From: an uncultured Clostridia bacterium
Lineage (GTDB): Bacteria > Bacillota > Clostridia > Christensenellales > QALW01
Assembly: GCA_934434555.1 (NCBI GenBank)
Contig: CAKRZX010000002.1
Location: 22,376-86,375, forward strand
Reading direction: 5' to 3'
DNA: 64,000 nt
The notes beneath the pieces were generated by a model. That model made no database searches. It saw only the letters and a program-made list of their open reading frames with translations, and was not told the origin of the DNA. The translations under genes were made by a program, and so were the position numbers. The first letter of the stretch is position 1, and each line of letters starts with the position of its first letter. Of this stretch, positions 39,431 to 49,145 are shown one piece after another.

Positions 39431-39972
39431 TGAAATATATGATAGTTTCCGATATTCACGGAAGCGGTTTCTACGCACAAAAGGCAGTTGATAAATTTTT
39501 TGAGGAAAAGTGCGGCAGAATGATTCTTTTGGGAGATATTCTATACCACGGACCGAGAAACGAACTGCCGAAAGAATACGACCCGAAACGCGTTGCAGAA
39601 CTTTTTAACGGAATAAAGGAAAATATTCTTGCCGTTCGCGGAAACTGCGACGCGGAAGTTGACCAGATGGTGCTTGAATTTCCTATCCGCGCGGACTATG
39701 CTTTGCTTGACGCGGGCGAAAAACTTGTTTTCATCACTCACGGGCATCTTTTTAACGAAGATAATCTTCCGAATATAAAAAAAGGCGATATTCTGCTTCA
39801 CGGGCACACTCACGTTCCGGTACTGAAAGATACGGGAAAATGCATTATTATGAATCCCGGAAGTGCGGCACTGCCGAAAGAAAACAGTTATAACGGCTAT
39901 ATGACCTTTGAAAACGGACTCTTTTTGTGGAAGGACTTTGACGAAAATATAAAAAACAGTTTTGAAATATAA
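39430..39972 (+). CDS. YfcE/MJ0936-family metallophosphoesterase
   Basis: VSDIHGS, GDILYHGPRN, GNCD, THGH and GHTH motifs are present. Confidence 0.85.
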   Translation: MKYMIVSDIHGSGFYAQKAVDKFFEEKCGRMILLGDILYHGPRNELPKEYDPKRVAELFNGIKENILAVRGNCDAEVDQMVLEFPIRADYALLDAGEKLVFITHGHLFNEDNLPNIKKGDILLHGHTHVPVLKDTGKCIIMNPGSAALPKENSYNGYMTFENGLFLWKDFDENIKNSFEI

Positions 39973-40130
39973 AATTTTACCTTGAAAAATTCATAAAAAC
40001 CTCTTAAAAAAAGTGCATTCGCTCACGGCTATATCGATAAATGCAATACCGATATCCGAAAATCGCAATTCCCCCAAAACGGAAAATCTGATATAATCAC
40101 GGTACAGATAATCGAAGGGGGAAAAGACCG

Positions 40131-40718
40131 TTGAAAGAAAACGGAATATCGCGTGCAACGCTGGGAAGATTGCCGGAGTATCTTAACTTTCTTAAATCAA
40201 CAGGCGAAAAAAACGTCTCGGCAACCGCGGTTGCCAAAGGGCTTGATTTAGGCGAAGTTCAGGTACGCAAGGACCTTTCGGCAGTGTGCGGAATGGGCAG
40301 ACCTAAAACGGGCTATGTTAAAGAAGAACTGATACAAAGCATAGAAAAACTGCTTAAAGGCAATACCGGAGCCGTAATAATAGGCGCGGGAAAACTGGGC
40401 AGAGCGCTGCTTGACTATTCGGGCTTTAACGGTTACGGCATAAATATGCTGGCGGCATTTGACCTTACTGCGGACGAAAAATCGGACAAACCGGTTTTAT
40501 CCGTAAACGAACTTGATACGTTTTTAAGAAAAAACGATGTTAAGATCGGCGTGATTGTGGTACCGAAAAGTGCGGCGCAGGAAGTATGCGACAGGCTTGT
40601 TCGGGGCGGCGTATTTCTTATTTGGTGCTTTGCGCCGTGTAAACTTAAAGTGCCGGAAAACGTTACGGTACAGTATGAAGATCTTGCACTTTCCCTTGCA
40701 CATCTGAGAATGCATTAA
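40131..40718 (+). CDS. rex: Redox-sensing transcriptional repressor Rex
   Basis: ISRATLGRLPEYLNFL (winged helix) and the Rossmann motif VIIGAGKLGRALLDY are present. TTG start after gaaggggg. Confidence 0.9.
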   Translation: MKENGISRATLGRLPEYLNFLKSTGEKNVSATAVAKGLDLGEVQVRKDLSAVCGMGRPKTGYVKEELIQSIEKLLKGNTGAVIIGAGKLGRALLDYSGFNGYGINMLAAFDLTADEKSDKPVLSVNELDTFLRKNDVKIGVIVVPKSAAQEVCDRLVRGGVFLIWCFAPCKLKVPENVTVQYEDLALSLAHLRMH

Positions 40719-40780
40719 AAGGAACGCAGACACTGCATTTTTGCTGTACGTTCGGCGTTTGAAATTTTAGGAGGTAAAAC

Positions 40781-43492
40781 ATGAACATTGACGGAAGAAA
40801 AACGGTTGACAGTGTTGAGGCACTTGAAGCAACCCTTAAAAGCGTAAAGGCGGCGCAGGAAAAGTATTCGCATTTTACGCAGGAACAGGTTGATAAAATT
40901 TTCTTTGCCGCGGCATCGGCGGCGGATAAGGCGAGAATTCCGCTTGCAAAAATGGCGGTTGAAGAAACCGGTATGGGCATAGTTGAAGATAAAGTTATCA
41001 AGAACAATTATGCATCGGAATATATTTATAACGCTTATAAGGATACAAAAACCTGCGGCGTAATTGAAGAGGACAAGGCGTTCGGATTAAAGAAAATTGC
41101 CGAGCCGATTGGTGTTGTTGCGGCGGTTATACCCACAACCAACCCCACGTCAACGGCAATATTCAAGTGCCTGCTTGCACTTAAAACCCGCAACGCAATA
41201 ATTATCAGTCCTCACCCCAGAGCAAAGGCATCAACAGCGGCGGCGGCAAAAACCGTGCTTGACGCGGCGGTAAAAGCGGGCGCTCCCGAGGGAATTATCG
41301 AATGGATTGACGTTCCCTCACTTGAAATGACCAACACTCTTATGAAAGAGGCAGACATAATCCTTGCTACCGGCGGTCCGGGAATGGTTAAGGCCGCTTA
41401 TTCTTCCGGAAAACCCGCTCTCGGCGTAGGCGCAGGCAACACTCCCGCTATTATCGACGAAAGCGCAAACATCGTGCTTGCGGTAAACTCAATTATCCAT
41501 TCAAAAACGTTTGATAACGGTATGATCTGCGCGTCAGAACAGTCGGTAATCGTTCATAAAAATGTTTACGATGCGGTAAAACACGAATTTGCACTGCGCG
41601 GCTGCTATTTCCTTAAAGGAAACGAAATTGACAAGGTAAGAAAGACCATTCTTATAAACGGCGCACTTAACGCAAAAATCGTAGGGCAGTCGGCCTGCAC
41701 CATAGCGGCGCTGGCGGGCGTTGCCGTTCCCGAGGGAACAAAAATCCTTATCGGCGAAGTTGAAAGCGTTGATATCTCGGAAGAGTTTGCGCACGAAAAA
41801 CTTTCACCGGTTCTGGCAATGTACAGGGCGGAAGATATTTCCGATGCGTTTGACAAGGCGGAACACCTTATTGCCGACGGCGGTTACGGACATACTTCAT
41901 CAATATATATTAACGAGCAGACCGAGAAAGATAAACTCGACGAGTTTACTTCACGTATGAAAACCTGCCGTATACTTGTAAATACTCCTTCTTCACACGG
42001 TGGACTGGGCGACCTTTACAACTTCAAACTTACCCCGTCACTTACATTGGGCTGCGGCTCGTGGGGCGGAAACTCGGTAAGCGAAAACGTAGGTGTAAAG
42101 CATTTGCTTAATATTAAAACCGTTGCGGAGAGGAGAGAGAATATGCTGTGGTTCAGAGCACCTGAAAAGGTATATATAAAGAAAGGGTGCCTGCCCGTGG
42201 CACTTGATGAGTTAAAGCACGTAATGGGCAAAAAACGTGCGTTTATAGTAACGGATAATTTCCTGTATCATAACGGCTACACAAAGCCGATTACCGATAA
42301 ACTTGACGAAATGGGTATAGTTCACGCCACGTTCGGCGATGTTGCGCCCGACCCCACGCTTCAATGTGCCCTTAAAGGCGTTGAACAGATGCACGCATTC
42401 GCACCCGATACCATAATCGCCCTCGGCGGCGGCTCGGCAATGGACGCGGCAAAGATTATGTGGGTGCTTTACGAACACCCCGAAGCGGACTTCATGGATA
42501 TGGCCATGCGTTTTATGGATATCCGCAAGCGTGTGTATACTTTCCACAAAATGGGCGAAAAAGCGTATTTTATAGCGATTCCCACTTCCGCAGGTACGGG
42601 CAGTGAGGTTACGCCTTTTGCGGTTATTACCGATGAGACAAGCGGAATAAAATATCCCCTTGCCGACTATCAGTTGCTGCCCAATATGGCTATAATCGAT
42701 ACCGATTTCCATATGAGCGCACCCAGGGGACTTACCGCCGCATCGGGCATCGATGCAGTTACCCACGCACTGGAAGCATATGCATCCCTTATGGCGACCG
42801 ACTATACCGACGGTCTTGCAAAACAGGCGCTTAAAGTTATATTTGAATATCTTCCCCGCGCTTACGACAACGGCGCAACCGATGTTGAAGCAAGGGAGAA
42901 AATGGCTAACGCCGCCACAATGGCAGGTATGGCTTTTGCCAACGCTTTCCTGGGCGTATGCCACTCAATGGCGCATAAACTGGGCGCGTTCCATCATTTG
43001 CCCCACGGCATTGCAAATGCGCTTATGATTGAGCAGGTTCTGCGCTTTAATGCCGCGGAAGCACCCGCAAAAATGGGTACGTTCCCGCAGTACGACCACC
43101 CGCACACACTTCACCGCTATGCGGAAGTTGCCGACAGCCTTAATTTGGGCGGCAATACCGATAAGGAAAAACTTGAAAACCTTATTTCGGCGGTAAATGC
43201 CCTGAAAGAGCGTGTGGGAATCAAGAAGACAATCGCCGATTACAATATTGACGAAAAGGACTTCCTTGAAAGACTTGACGCGATGACCGAACAGGCGTTT
43301 GACGACCAGTGCACAGCCGCAAATCCCCGCTATCCGCTTATGAGCGAAATCAGGCAGATGTATCTTAACGCTTACTACGGCAAGAGCGGGTTTGAAGAAA
43401 AGCCCATGCCCGGCGTTGAGCAGACCGAAACAGATGTACACGATTTTAAGCAGGCGTACCGCAGAGCGGAAAACGGACAGAGCAAGGCATAA
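40781..43492 (+). CDS. adhE: Bifunctional acetaldehyde-CoA/alcohol dehydrogenase
   Basis: The 903-aa protein has an ALDH domain with a catalytic-Cys region (FDNGMICASEQ) and a C-terminal iron-ADH domain (GGGSAMDAAK...HSMAHKLG). Confidence 0.96.
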   Translation: MNIDGRKTVDSVEALEATLKSVKAAQEKYSHFTQEQVDKIFFAAASAADKARIPLAKMAVEETGMGIVEDKVIKNNYASEYIYNAYKDTKTCGVIEEDKAFGLKKIAEPIGVVAAVIPTTNPTSTAIFKCLLALKTRNAIIISPHPRAKASTAAAAKTVLDAAVKAGAPEGIIEWIDVPSLEMTNTLMKEADIILATGGPGMVKAAYSSGKPALGVGAGNTPAIIDESANIVLAVNSIIHSKTFDNGMICASEQSVIVHKNVYDAVKHEFALRGCYFLKGNEIDKVRKTILINGALNAKIVGQSACTIAALAGVAVPEGTKILIGEVESVDISEEFAHEKLSPVLAMYRAEDISDAFDKAEHLIADGGYGHTSSIYINEQTEKDKLDEFTSRMKTCRILVNTPSSHGGLGDLYNFKLTPSLTLGCGSWGGNSVSENVGVKHLLNIKTVAERRENMLWFRAPEKVYIKKGCLPVALDELKHVMGKKRAFIVTDNFLYHNGYTKPITDKLDEMGIVHATFGDVAPDPTLQCALKGVEQMHAFAPDTIIALGGGSAMDAAKIMWVLYEHPEADFMDMAMRFMDIRKRVYTFHKMGEKAYFIAIPTSAGTGSEVTPFAVITDETSGIKYPLADYQLLPNMAIIDTDFHMSAPRGLTAASGIDAVTHALEAYASLMATDYTDGLAKQALKVIFEYLPRAYDNGATDVEAREKMANAATMAGMAFANAFLGVCHSMAHKLGAFHHLPHGIANALMIEQVLRFNAAEAPAKMGTFPQYDHPHTLHRYAEVADSLNLGGNTDKEKLENLISAVNALKERVGIKKTIADYNIDEKDFLERLDAMTEQAFDDQCTAANPRYPLMSEIRQMYLNAYYGKSGFEEKPMPGVEQTETDVHDFKQAYRRAENGQSKA

Positions 43493-43504
43493 GGAGGAAA
43501 AATT

Positions 43505-44254
43505 ATGAACCTTGACAGAATAATTGCAGTAAGAAATAATAAAACAGTATACAGGGACGGCGACCGCTGCCTTAAAGTGTTCAGCCCCGATTATTCAAAG
43601 GCGGACGTTCTTAACGAGGCGCTTAATCAGGCGCGGGTTGAAACAACGGGACTGAATATTCCAAAGGTTCTTGAAGTAACGGTGCTTGACGGCAAATGGA
43701 CGATAGTTTCCGAATTTATAAAGGGCAAAACTCTTGCACAGCTTATGCAGGAGAACCCCGACAAAAAACAGGAGTATCTTGAAAGATTCGTTAAAATTCA
43801 ACTTGAAATGCATTCAAAGACCTGCCCCGGACTTAACAAACTCAAAGACAAGATGAATGCAAAAATCACGCAGACCGACCTTTCGGCAACGGTAAGATAT
43901 GACCTGCATACCCGCTTGGAGGGTATGCCCAAGCACAACAAACTCTGCCACGGCGATTATAACCCCTCAAACGTTATAATCACCGATGACGGAAAGGCGT
44001 ATATAATCGACTGGTCACACGCCACACAGGGTAACGCTTCTGCCGACGCGGCACGCACTTACCTCAGGTTCTGGCTTGACGGAGATGGAGATGGTGCAAA
44101 AGAGTATCTTAAACTGTTTTGCGAAAAGAGCGATACTGCGGTACAGTATGTGCAAAAGTGGATGCCGATTGTTGCCGCGTCGCAGACGGTTAAGGGTAAC
44201 GCTCACGAGCGTGAATTCCTTAATTCATGGATAGATGTTGTTGATTACGAGTAA
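43505..44254 (+). CDS. Protein-kinase-like phosphotransferase (APH/choline kinase fold); putative Ser/Thr kinase of the HydS module
   Basis: The catalytic loop LCHGDYNPSNVII and the IIDWSHA motif are present, and it sits between adhE and hydS. Confidence 0.78.
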   Translation: MNLDRIIAVRNNKTVYRDGDRCLKVFSPDYSKADVLNEALNQARVETTGLNIPKVLEVTVLDGKWTIVSEFIKGKTLAQLMQENPDKKQEYLERFVKIQLEMHSKTCPGLNKLKDKMNAKITQTDLSATVRYDLHTRLEGMPKHNKLCHGDYNPSNVIITDDGKAYIIDWSHATQGNASADAARTYLRFWLDGDGDGAKEYLKLFCEKSDTAVQYVQKWMPIVAASQTVKGNAHEREFLNSWIDVVDYE

Positions 44255-44266
44255 GGAGGAAAAAAA

Positions 44267-44506
44267 GTGAAAGTAACCGTTTGTATAGGTTCGTCCTGCC
44301 ACATCAAAGGTTCACGCCAGGTGGTGGAGCAGTTGCAGGAACTTATTAAAAAGAACAGCCTTTCGGATAAGGTTGAACTTGCCGGCACTTTCTGCATGGG
44401 CGAATGCCAAAAAGGCGTCTGTGTAAAGGTAGACGATGAGTTCTTTTCGGTAAATCCCGAAACTACGGAAGAGTTCTTTAACAAAAACGTACTTGCGAGG
44501 GTATAA
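44267..44506 (+). CDS. Thioredoxin-like [2Fe-2S] ferredoxin (NuoE-like), copy 1
   Basis: It has a Cx4C...Cx3C pattern (CIGSSC ... CMGEC). GTG start after aaggagg. Confidence 0.75.
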   Translation: MKVTVCIGSSCHIKGSRQVVEQLQELIKKNSLSDKVELAGTFCMGECQKGVCVKVDDEFFSVNPETTEEFFNKNVLARV

Positions 44507-44509
44507 AAA

Positions 44510-44761
44510 GTGGAAGTAAAAGTATGCGTCGGTTCATCGTGCTACCTTAAAGGCGCGGAAAGAATCGCCGCCGCGTGCGACGAAAAAATCAAAGCAAACG
44601 GGCTTGAAAATACGGTAAGTCTCTCGGGCAGTTTCTGCACCGGGAGATGCAACCGCGAGGGTGTTACGGTTACGGTGGACGGTGAAGTGTTCACCGGGCT
44701 TACGCCTGAAAAGTTCGATGCGTTTTTTACCGAAAAAATTCTTAACCGTGTAAAGGGGTAA
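44510..44761 (+). CDS. Thioredoxin-like [2Fe-2S] ferredoxin (NuoE-like), copy 2
   Basis: It is a paralog of the previous ORF (CVGSSC ... CTGRC). GTG start. Confidence 0.75.
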   Translation: MEVKVCVGSSCYLKGAERIAAACDEKIKANGLENTVSLSGSFCTGRCNREGVTVTVDGEVFTGLTPEKFDAFFTEKILNRVKG

Positions 44762-44768
44762 AAGAGAG

Positions 44769-46442
44769 ATGGAATGTCTTACTCTTAAAAAGTCCAATTG
44801 CAAAAACTGCTATAAGTGCATACGCCACTGTCCCGTAAAATCAATCAGGTTTTCGGGCAATCAGGCATACATAATAGGCGATGAGTGTATTCTTTGCGGA
44901 CACTGTTTTGTTGTTTGCCCGCAAAATGCAAAGCAGATAACGGACGAGACGGAAAAGGTAAAGGTGCTTTTGCAAAGCGGCGACCCGGTTGTGGTAAGCC
45001 TTGCGCCGTCGTTTGTGGCAAACTACCACGGCGTGGGCATAGGTTCAATGCGCGAAGCAATTAAAAAACTTGGCTTTTACGACGTTGAGGAAACCGCAAT
45101 AGGCGCAACAATTGTAAAAAATCAGTACGAGAAGATGGCGGAGGAAGGGAACAGCGATATTATTATCACGTCCTGCTGCCACACGGTAAATCTGCTTATA
45201 CAGAAGTATTATCCCAAGGAACTGCCGTATCTTGCAGACGTACTTTCGCCTATGCAGGCACACTGCCGCGATATAAAACAGCGCATACCCAATGCAAAAA
45301 CCGTGTTTATCGGTCCATGCGTAGCAAAAAAAGACGAGGCACAGCGATATGAGGGTATTGTTGATGCAGTACTTACGTTTGACGAGCTTACCGCGTGGCT
45401 TAAAGAAAAGAATATTGAGCCTGAAACTGAGACGGATTTTGATGAGCACAGCCGCGCAAGGTTTTTCCCCACAACGGGCGGCATACTTAAAACACTTAAA
45501 AAAGAAAATCCCGATTACACCTATATGGCGGTTGACGGCATAGAAAACTGCATTGAGGTGCTTAAAGACATTGAAAGCGGAAACGTGCATAAATGCTTTA
45601 TTGAGATGTCCTCCTGCGTGGGCAGCTGCGTCGGCGGACCGGTAATGGAAAAGTTCCACCGTTCACCCGTACAGGACTATTCTGCGGTTGCACACTTTGC
45701 GGGCAAGGAAGATTTTGAAGTAAAGCAGCCTGATTCGCTTGCGCTGGGAAAAAGTTTTTCGGTAATAGACAGAAACGTTCAGATGCCGACGGAGTACGAA
45801 ATACAGGAAATCCTGCACCGCATGGGCAAAATGAAGCCTTCGGACGAACTTAACTGCGGGTCATGCGGTTATAACACCTGCCGCGAAAAGGCAATAGCCA
45901 TTTTTCAGGGTAAGGCGGAAATATCAATGTGCCTGCCATACTTAAAGGATAAGGCGGAAAGTTTTTCGGACAATATCGTTCACAACACGCCTAACGGAAT
46001 TATCCTGCTGAACGAAAAACTTGAAGTACAGCAGATAAACAAGGCGGCGCTTAAAATTATGAACCTGCGTGCCGCGTCGGACGTTTTGGGCGACGGCGTA
46101 GTGCGTATACTTGACCCTAAGGATTTTTTAAGCGTTTTAAGCAGCGGACGCAGTATTCACGAAAAGAGGGTATTCCTTGCCGAGTACGGCAAATATGTGG
46201 AGGAAACCGTTATTTATGACCGGGAATACAGGCTTCTTATATGTATTATGCGCGATGTTACCGAGGAAGAAACCCAAAAAGAAAAGAAAGAGAATATTAC
46301 AAGGCAGACAGTTGAGATTGCAGATAAAGTTGTAGATAAACAGATGCGCATTGTACAGGAAATTGCTTCCCTTTTGGGTGAAACTGCGGCAGAAACAAAA
46401 ATTGCACTTTCCAAGCTCAAGGAGTCGGTAGAAAATGAATAA
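44769..46442 (+). CDS. hydS: Sensory [FeFe]-hydrogenase-like protein with a C-terminal PAS domain (HydS type)
   Basis: The N-terminus has 2x[4Fe-4S] motifs (CKNCYKCIRHCP, CILCGHCFVVCP). H-cluster-like motifs are ITSCCH, GPCVAKKDE and EMSSCVGSCVGGP. An extra CGSCGYNTC motif is present, followed by a PAS-like segment (NTPNGIILLNEKLEVQQINKAALKIMN). Confidence 0.85.
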   Translation: MECLTLKKSNCKNCYKCIRHCPVKSIRFSGNQAYIIGDECILCGHCFVVCPQNAKQITDETEKVKVLLQSGDPVVVSLAPSFVANYHGVGIGSMREAIKKLGFYDVEETAIGATIVKNQYEKMAEEGNSDIIITSCCHTVNLLIQKYYPKELPYLADVLSPMQAHCRDIKQRIPNAKTVFIGPCVAKKDEAQRYEGIVDAVLTFDELTAWLKEKNIEPETETDFDEHSRARFFPTTGGILKTLKKENPDYTYMAVDGIENCIEVLKDIESGNVHKCFIEMSSCVGSCVGGPVMEKFHRSPVQDYSAVAHFAGKEDFEVKQPDSLALGKSFSVIDRNVQMPTEYEIQEILHRMGKMKPSDELNCGSCGYNTCREKAIAIFQGKAEISMCLPYLKDKAESFSDNIVHNTPNGIILLNEKLEVQQINKAALKIMNLRAASDVLGDGVVRILDPKDFLSVLSSGRSIHEKRVFLAEYGKYVEETVIYDREYRLLICIMRDVTEEETQKEKKENITRQTVEIADKVVDKQMRIVQEIASLLGETAAETKIALSKLKESVENE

Positions 46443-47607
46443 CCTGTGCTGTGAAATAGGATGGAAAAGCATAAATCACGCAGGGGAGCAGCTTTGCGGA
46501 GACCATGTGGATATTGTTGAGCAGGGAGAGGATTCATCGGTTATAGTGCTTGCCGACGGTCTCGGAAGCGGGGTAAAGGCAAGCATACTGTCAACCCTTA
46601 CATCAAAGATAATTTCCACAATGATGGCAGAGGGACTGCCGCTGGAAGAATGCGTTTCAACAATAGCGGCAACGTTGCCCATTTGCTCGGTGCGGGGTGT
46701 TGCGTATTCAACTTTTACAATAATTCACCTGATAAATAACGAAACTGCCGAAATTATACAGTACGATAATCCGAAAGTTATACTTATACGGGATTATGCC
46801 CTGTGTGATTATCAAAAAGACGAACTTAATATCGGCGGGAAAAAAATATATAAATCCGCAGTACAGCTTCGCGAGGGCGATGTTTTTGTGGCAATGAGTG
46901 ACGGTTGCCCTCATGCCGGAATGGGTACAGCGTATAATTTCGGATGGAAATGGGAAGATATTGCCGATTTTATGGCGACGGTTGTTCCTGCCGGATATAC
47001 GGCAAAAACTCTTTCGGCAATGCTTGTTGACGAGTGCGACAAACTTTACGGGTTTGCTCCCGGAGACGATGCCACAGCGTGCGTTGTCAAGGTGCGCAAG
47101 CGCCAACCTATGAACATTCTGTTCGGCCCGCCGCGTTTCCGTGATGACTGTGACAGAATGATGTCACTGTTCTTTTCAAAAGAAGGCAAGCATATAGTGT
47201 GCGGGGGAACAACGTCGTCAATAGCGGCAAAATATCTGGGCAAAACCGTTAAAGCCACGCTGAGTTTTGAAAAAAGCGATGTTCCGCCCATTGCGGAAAT
47301 CGAGGGCGTAGACCTTACCACCGAGGGTGTTATAACAATAAGTAAAGTTATTGAGTACGCCAAAGACGCACTGGGAAAAAACGAACTTTACGAGCAATGG
47401 GGCTACGGACATGACGGCGCGTCGCTTATCTGCCGGATGCTTTTTGAAGAGGCGACGGACATCAACTTCTTCGTGGGCAGAGCGGTAAACCCCGCCCATC
47501 AGAACCCCGATTTGCCCATAAATTTCAACATAAAAATGAATCTTGTAAGCGAACTTTCGGACTGCCTTAAAAAAATGGGAAAACGGATAAAGGTAAGTTA
47601 CTTCTAA
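46435..47607 (+). CDS. PP2C/SpoIIE-family protein phosphatase
   Basis: CGDHVDIV...VIVLADGLGSGVKASI...VAMSDG is present. The start overlaps the hydS stop. Confidence 0.8.
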   Translation: MNNLCCEIGWKSINHAGEQLCGDHVDIVEQGEDSSVIVLADGLGSGVKASILSTLTSKIISTMMAEGLPLEECVSTIAATLPICSVRGVAYSTFTIIHLINNETAEIIQYDNPKVILIRDYALCDYQKDELNIGGKKIYKSAVQLREGDVFVAMSDGCPHAGMGTAYNFGWKWEDIADFMATVVPAGYTAKTLSAMLVDECDKLYGFAPGDDATACVVKVRKRQPMNILFGPPRFRDDCDRMMSLFFSKEGKHIVCGGTTSSIAAKYLGKTVKATLSFEKSDVPPIAEIEGVDLTTEGVITISKVIEYAKDALGKNELYEQWGYGHDGASLICRMLFEEATDINFFVGRAVNPAHQNPDLPINFNIKMNLVSELSDCLKKMGKRIKVSYF

Positions 47608-47617
47608 GGAGGACAAA

Positions 47618-49045
47618 ATGCATAAATTCGATACCAAGGTACAGTACCTTAAATATAAAGTATTACGGGAAGTTGCAAGGCTTGCGTGGAACGACACATT
47701 GCTTGACAACGTGCTTGATATCCCCAAAACGATAGTTCCGGGCAAAACGCCTACAATGCGCTGCTGTGTCTATAAAGAACGGGCGATTCTTGCCGAGCGC
47801 GTTAAACTTGCAATGGGCGGAGATAAGGAAAGACATAATGTTATAGAGGTAATTGACATTGCCTGTGACGAATGTCCCATGGGCGGATATGAAGTTACCA
47901 ATGCCTGCCGCGGCTGTCTTGCACACCGGTGCGAGGATGCCTGCCGTTTCGGCGCAATTACGTTTGACGAAAACCACGTTGCGCATATAGATAAAACAAA
48001 GTGTAAGGAATGCGGCTGCTGTGCGAGAGTCTGCCCGTATACGGCTATAATTTCGCGCCGCCGCCCCTGTGAAAATGCCTGCAAAATCAAGGCGATAAGC
48101 ATGAACGAGGACAAGTCTGCGGCAATTGACGACTCAAAATGCATATCCTGCGGCGCCTGCGTATATCAGTGTCCGTTCGGCGCGATTACCGATAAGTCAT
48201 TTATCCTTGACGCAATAGATATTCTTAAAAAGAGTGAGAACAATAAAAAATACAAGGTGTTCGCCGTTGTTGCGCCGTCGATTTCAAGTCAGTTTACATA
48301 TGCAAAACTGGGTCAGGTAATAACGGGACTGAAAGAGCTAGGTTTCCACACGGTTATCGAGGCGGCTTTGGGCGCGGATATGGTTGCGTTCTCCGAATCA
48401 AAAGAGCTTACCGAAAAGGGATTTTTGACAAGTTCCTGCTGTCCGGCGTTTGTAAGTTTTGTTGAAAAGAACTTCCCGCAGTTAAAGGAACATATTTCAC
48501 ACAATCTTTCGCCTATGGGTGCAATAGCGAAGTACATCAAGGAACACGAAGCACCATGCAAGGTTATTTTCATAGGTCCCTGTACTGCCAAAAAGGCGGA
48601 AGTTCAGAAAGAATCCGTTAAACCCTATGTGGACGTTGCAATGACGTTTGAAGAATTGCAGGCGCTGTTTGACAGCCGGGATATCGACATTACGACGCTT
48701 TCCGAGGGCGTGCTTGACAATGCGTCCTACTACGGCAGAATTTTTGCCCGTTCCGGCGGACTTTCCGACGCGGTTCAGGAAGCGCTTAAAGAACAGGGCT
48801 ATGACGATTTCACCCTTAAACCCTGTGCCTGTGACGGAATAGAAGCCTGCCGCGTGGCACTGCTTAAAAAGAGCAAGAATCTTCTTGACGCTAACTTTAT
48901 TGAGGGTATGGCTTGCGTAGGCGGCTGTATAGGCGGCGCCGGATGTCTGACTCACGGCGAGAAGAACAAAGCCGAGGTTGACAAGTACGGCAGAGAGGCG
49001 TTTGAAAAGACAATCAGCGACGCAATCCGTCCGTTGGAAAAATAA
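47618..49045 (+). CDS. hydA: [FeFe]-hydrogenase catalytic subunit, monomeric (HydA2-like)
   Basis: It has multiple Fe-S Cys clusters (CKECGCCARVCP, CISCGACVYQCP). H-cluster motifs are TSSCCP, GPCTAKKAE and EGMACVGGCIGG. Confidence 0.88.
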   Translation: MHKFDTKVQYLKYKVLREVARLAWNDTLLDNVLDIPKTIVPGKTPTMRCCVYKERAILAERVKLAMGGDKERHNVIEVIDIACDECPMGGYEVTNACRGCLAHRCEDACRFGAITFDENHVAHIDKTKCKECGCCARVCPYTAIISRRRPCENACKIKAISMNEDKSAAIDDSKCISCGACVYQCPFGAITDKSFILDAIDILKKSENNKKYKVFAVVAPSISSQFTYAKLGQVITGLKELGFHTVIEAALGADMVAFSESKELTEKGFLTSSCCPAFVSFVEKNFPQLKEHISHNLSPMGAIAKYIKEHEAPCKVIFIGPCTAKKAEVQKESVKPYVDVAMTFEELQALFDSRDIDITTLSEGVLDNASYYGRIFARSGGLSDAVQEALKEQGYDDFTLKPCACDGIEACRVALLKKSKNLLDANFIEGMACVGGCIGGAGCLTHGEKNKAEVDKYGREAFEKTISDAIRPLEK

Positions 49046-49053
49046 ATTCTTCG

Positions 49054-49080
49054 GAGCAGTTATTATACTGCTCTTTTTTT
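49054..49080 (+). terminator. Rho-independent terminator after hydA
   Basis: The stem gagcagt/actgctc is followed by T7. Confidence 0.75.
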
Positions 49081-49091
49081 GCAATTCTTTG

Positions 49092-49120
49092 TTGACTGAC
49101 TGCGCAAATTATGGTAAACT
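49092..49120 (+). promoter_or_regulatory. Sigma-A-like promoter upstream of the cobalamin riboswitch
   Basis: The layout is TTGACT (49092-49097), a 17-nt spacer ending in TGG, then TAAACT (49115-49120). Confidence 0.5.
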
Positions 49121-49145
49121 AACACGGAAAATAAAATATTTTGAA

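Noticed and set aside
39980-40000. The palindrome TGAAAAATTCA upstream of rex, considered as a Rex operator.
   Set aside because: Rex sites, as I recall them (TGTGAA-n4-TTCACA or TTGTTAA-n4-TTAACAA), have longer half-sites and a 4-nt spacer. This one has a 3-nt spacer and weak half-sites. I found no convincing Rex box before adhE either.
40719-40780. A possible terminator (gcag aca ctgc + attttt) between rex and adhE.
   Set aside because: The stem has only 4 bp and a 3-nt loop, which is too weak to call. rex and adhE may or may not be co-transcribed.
42212-42964. A 250-aa minus-strand ORF, plus 42965..43441 (158 aa).
   Set aside because: Both are antisense to adhE, which is full-length and highly recognisable.
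45045-45659. A 204-aa minus-strand ORF. 47218..47745 and 48497..49084 are similar cases.
   Set aside because: They are antisense to hydS, PP2C and hydA, with no independent support.
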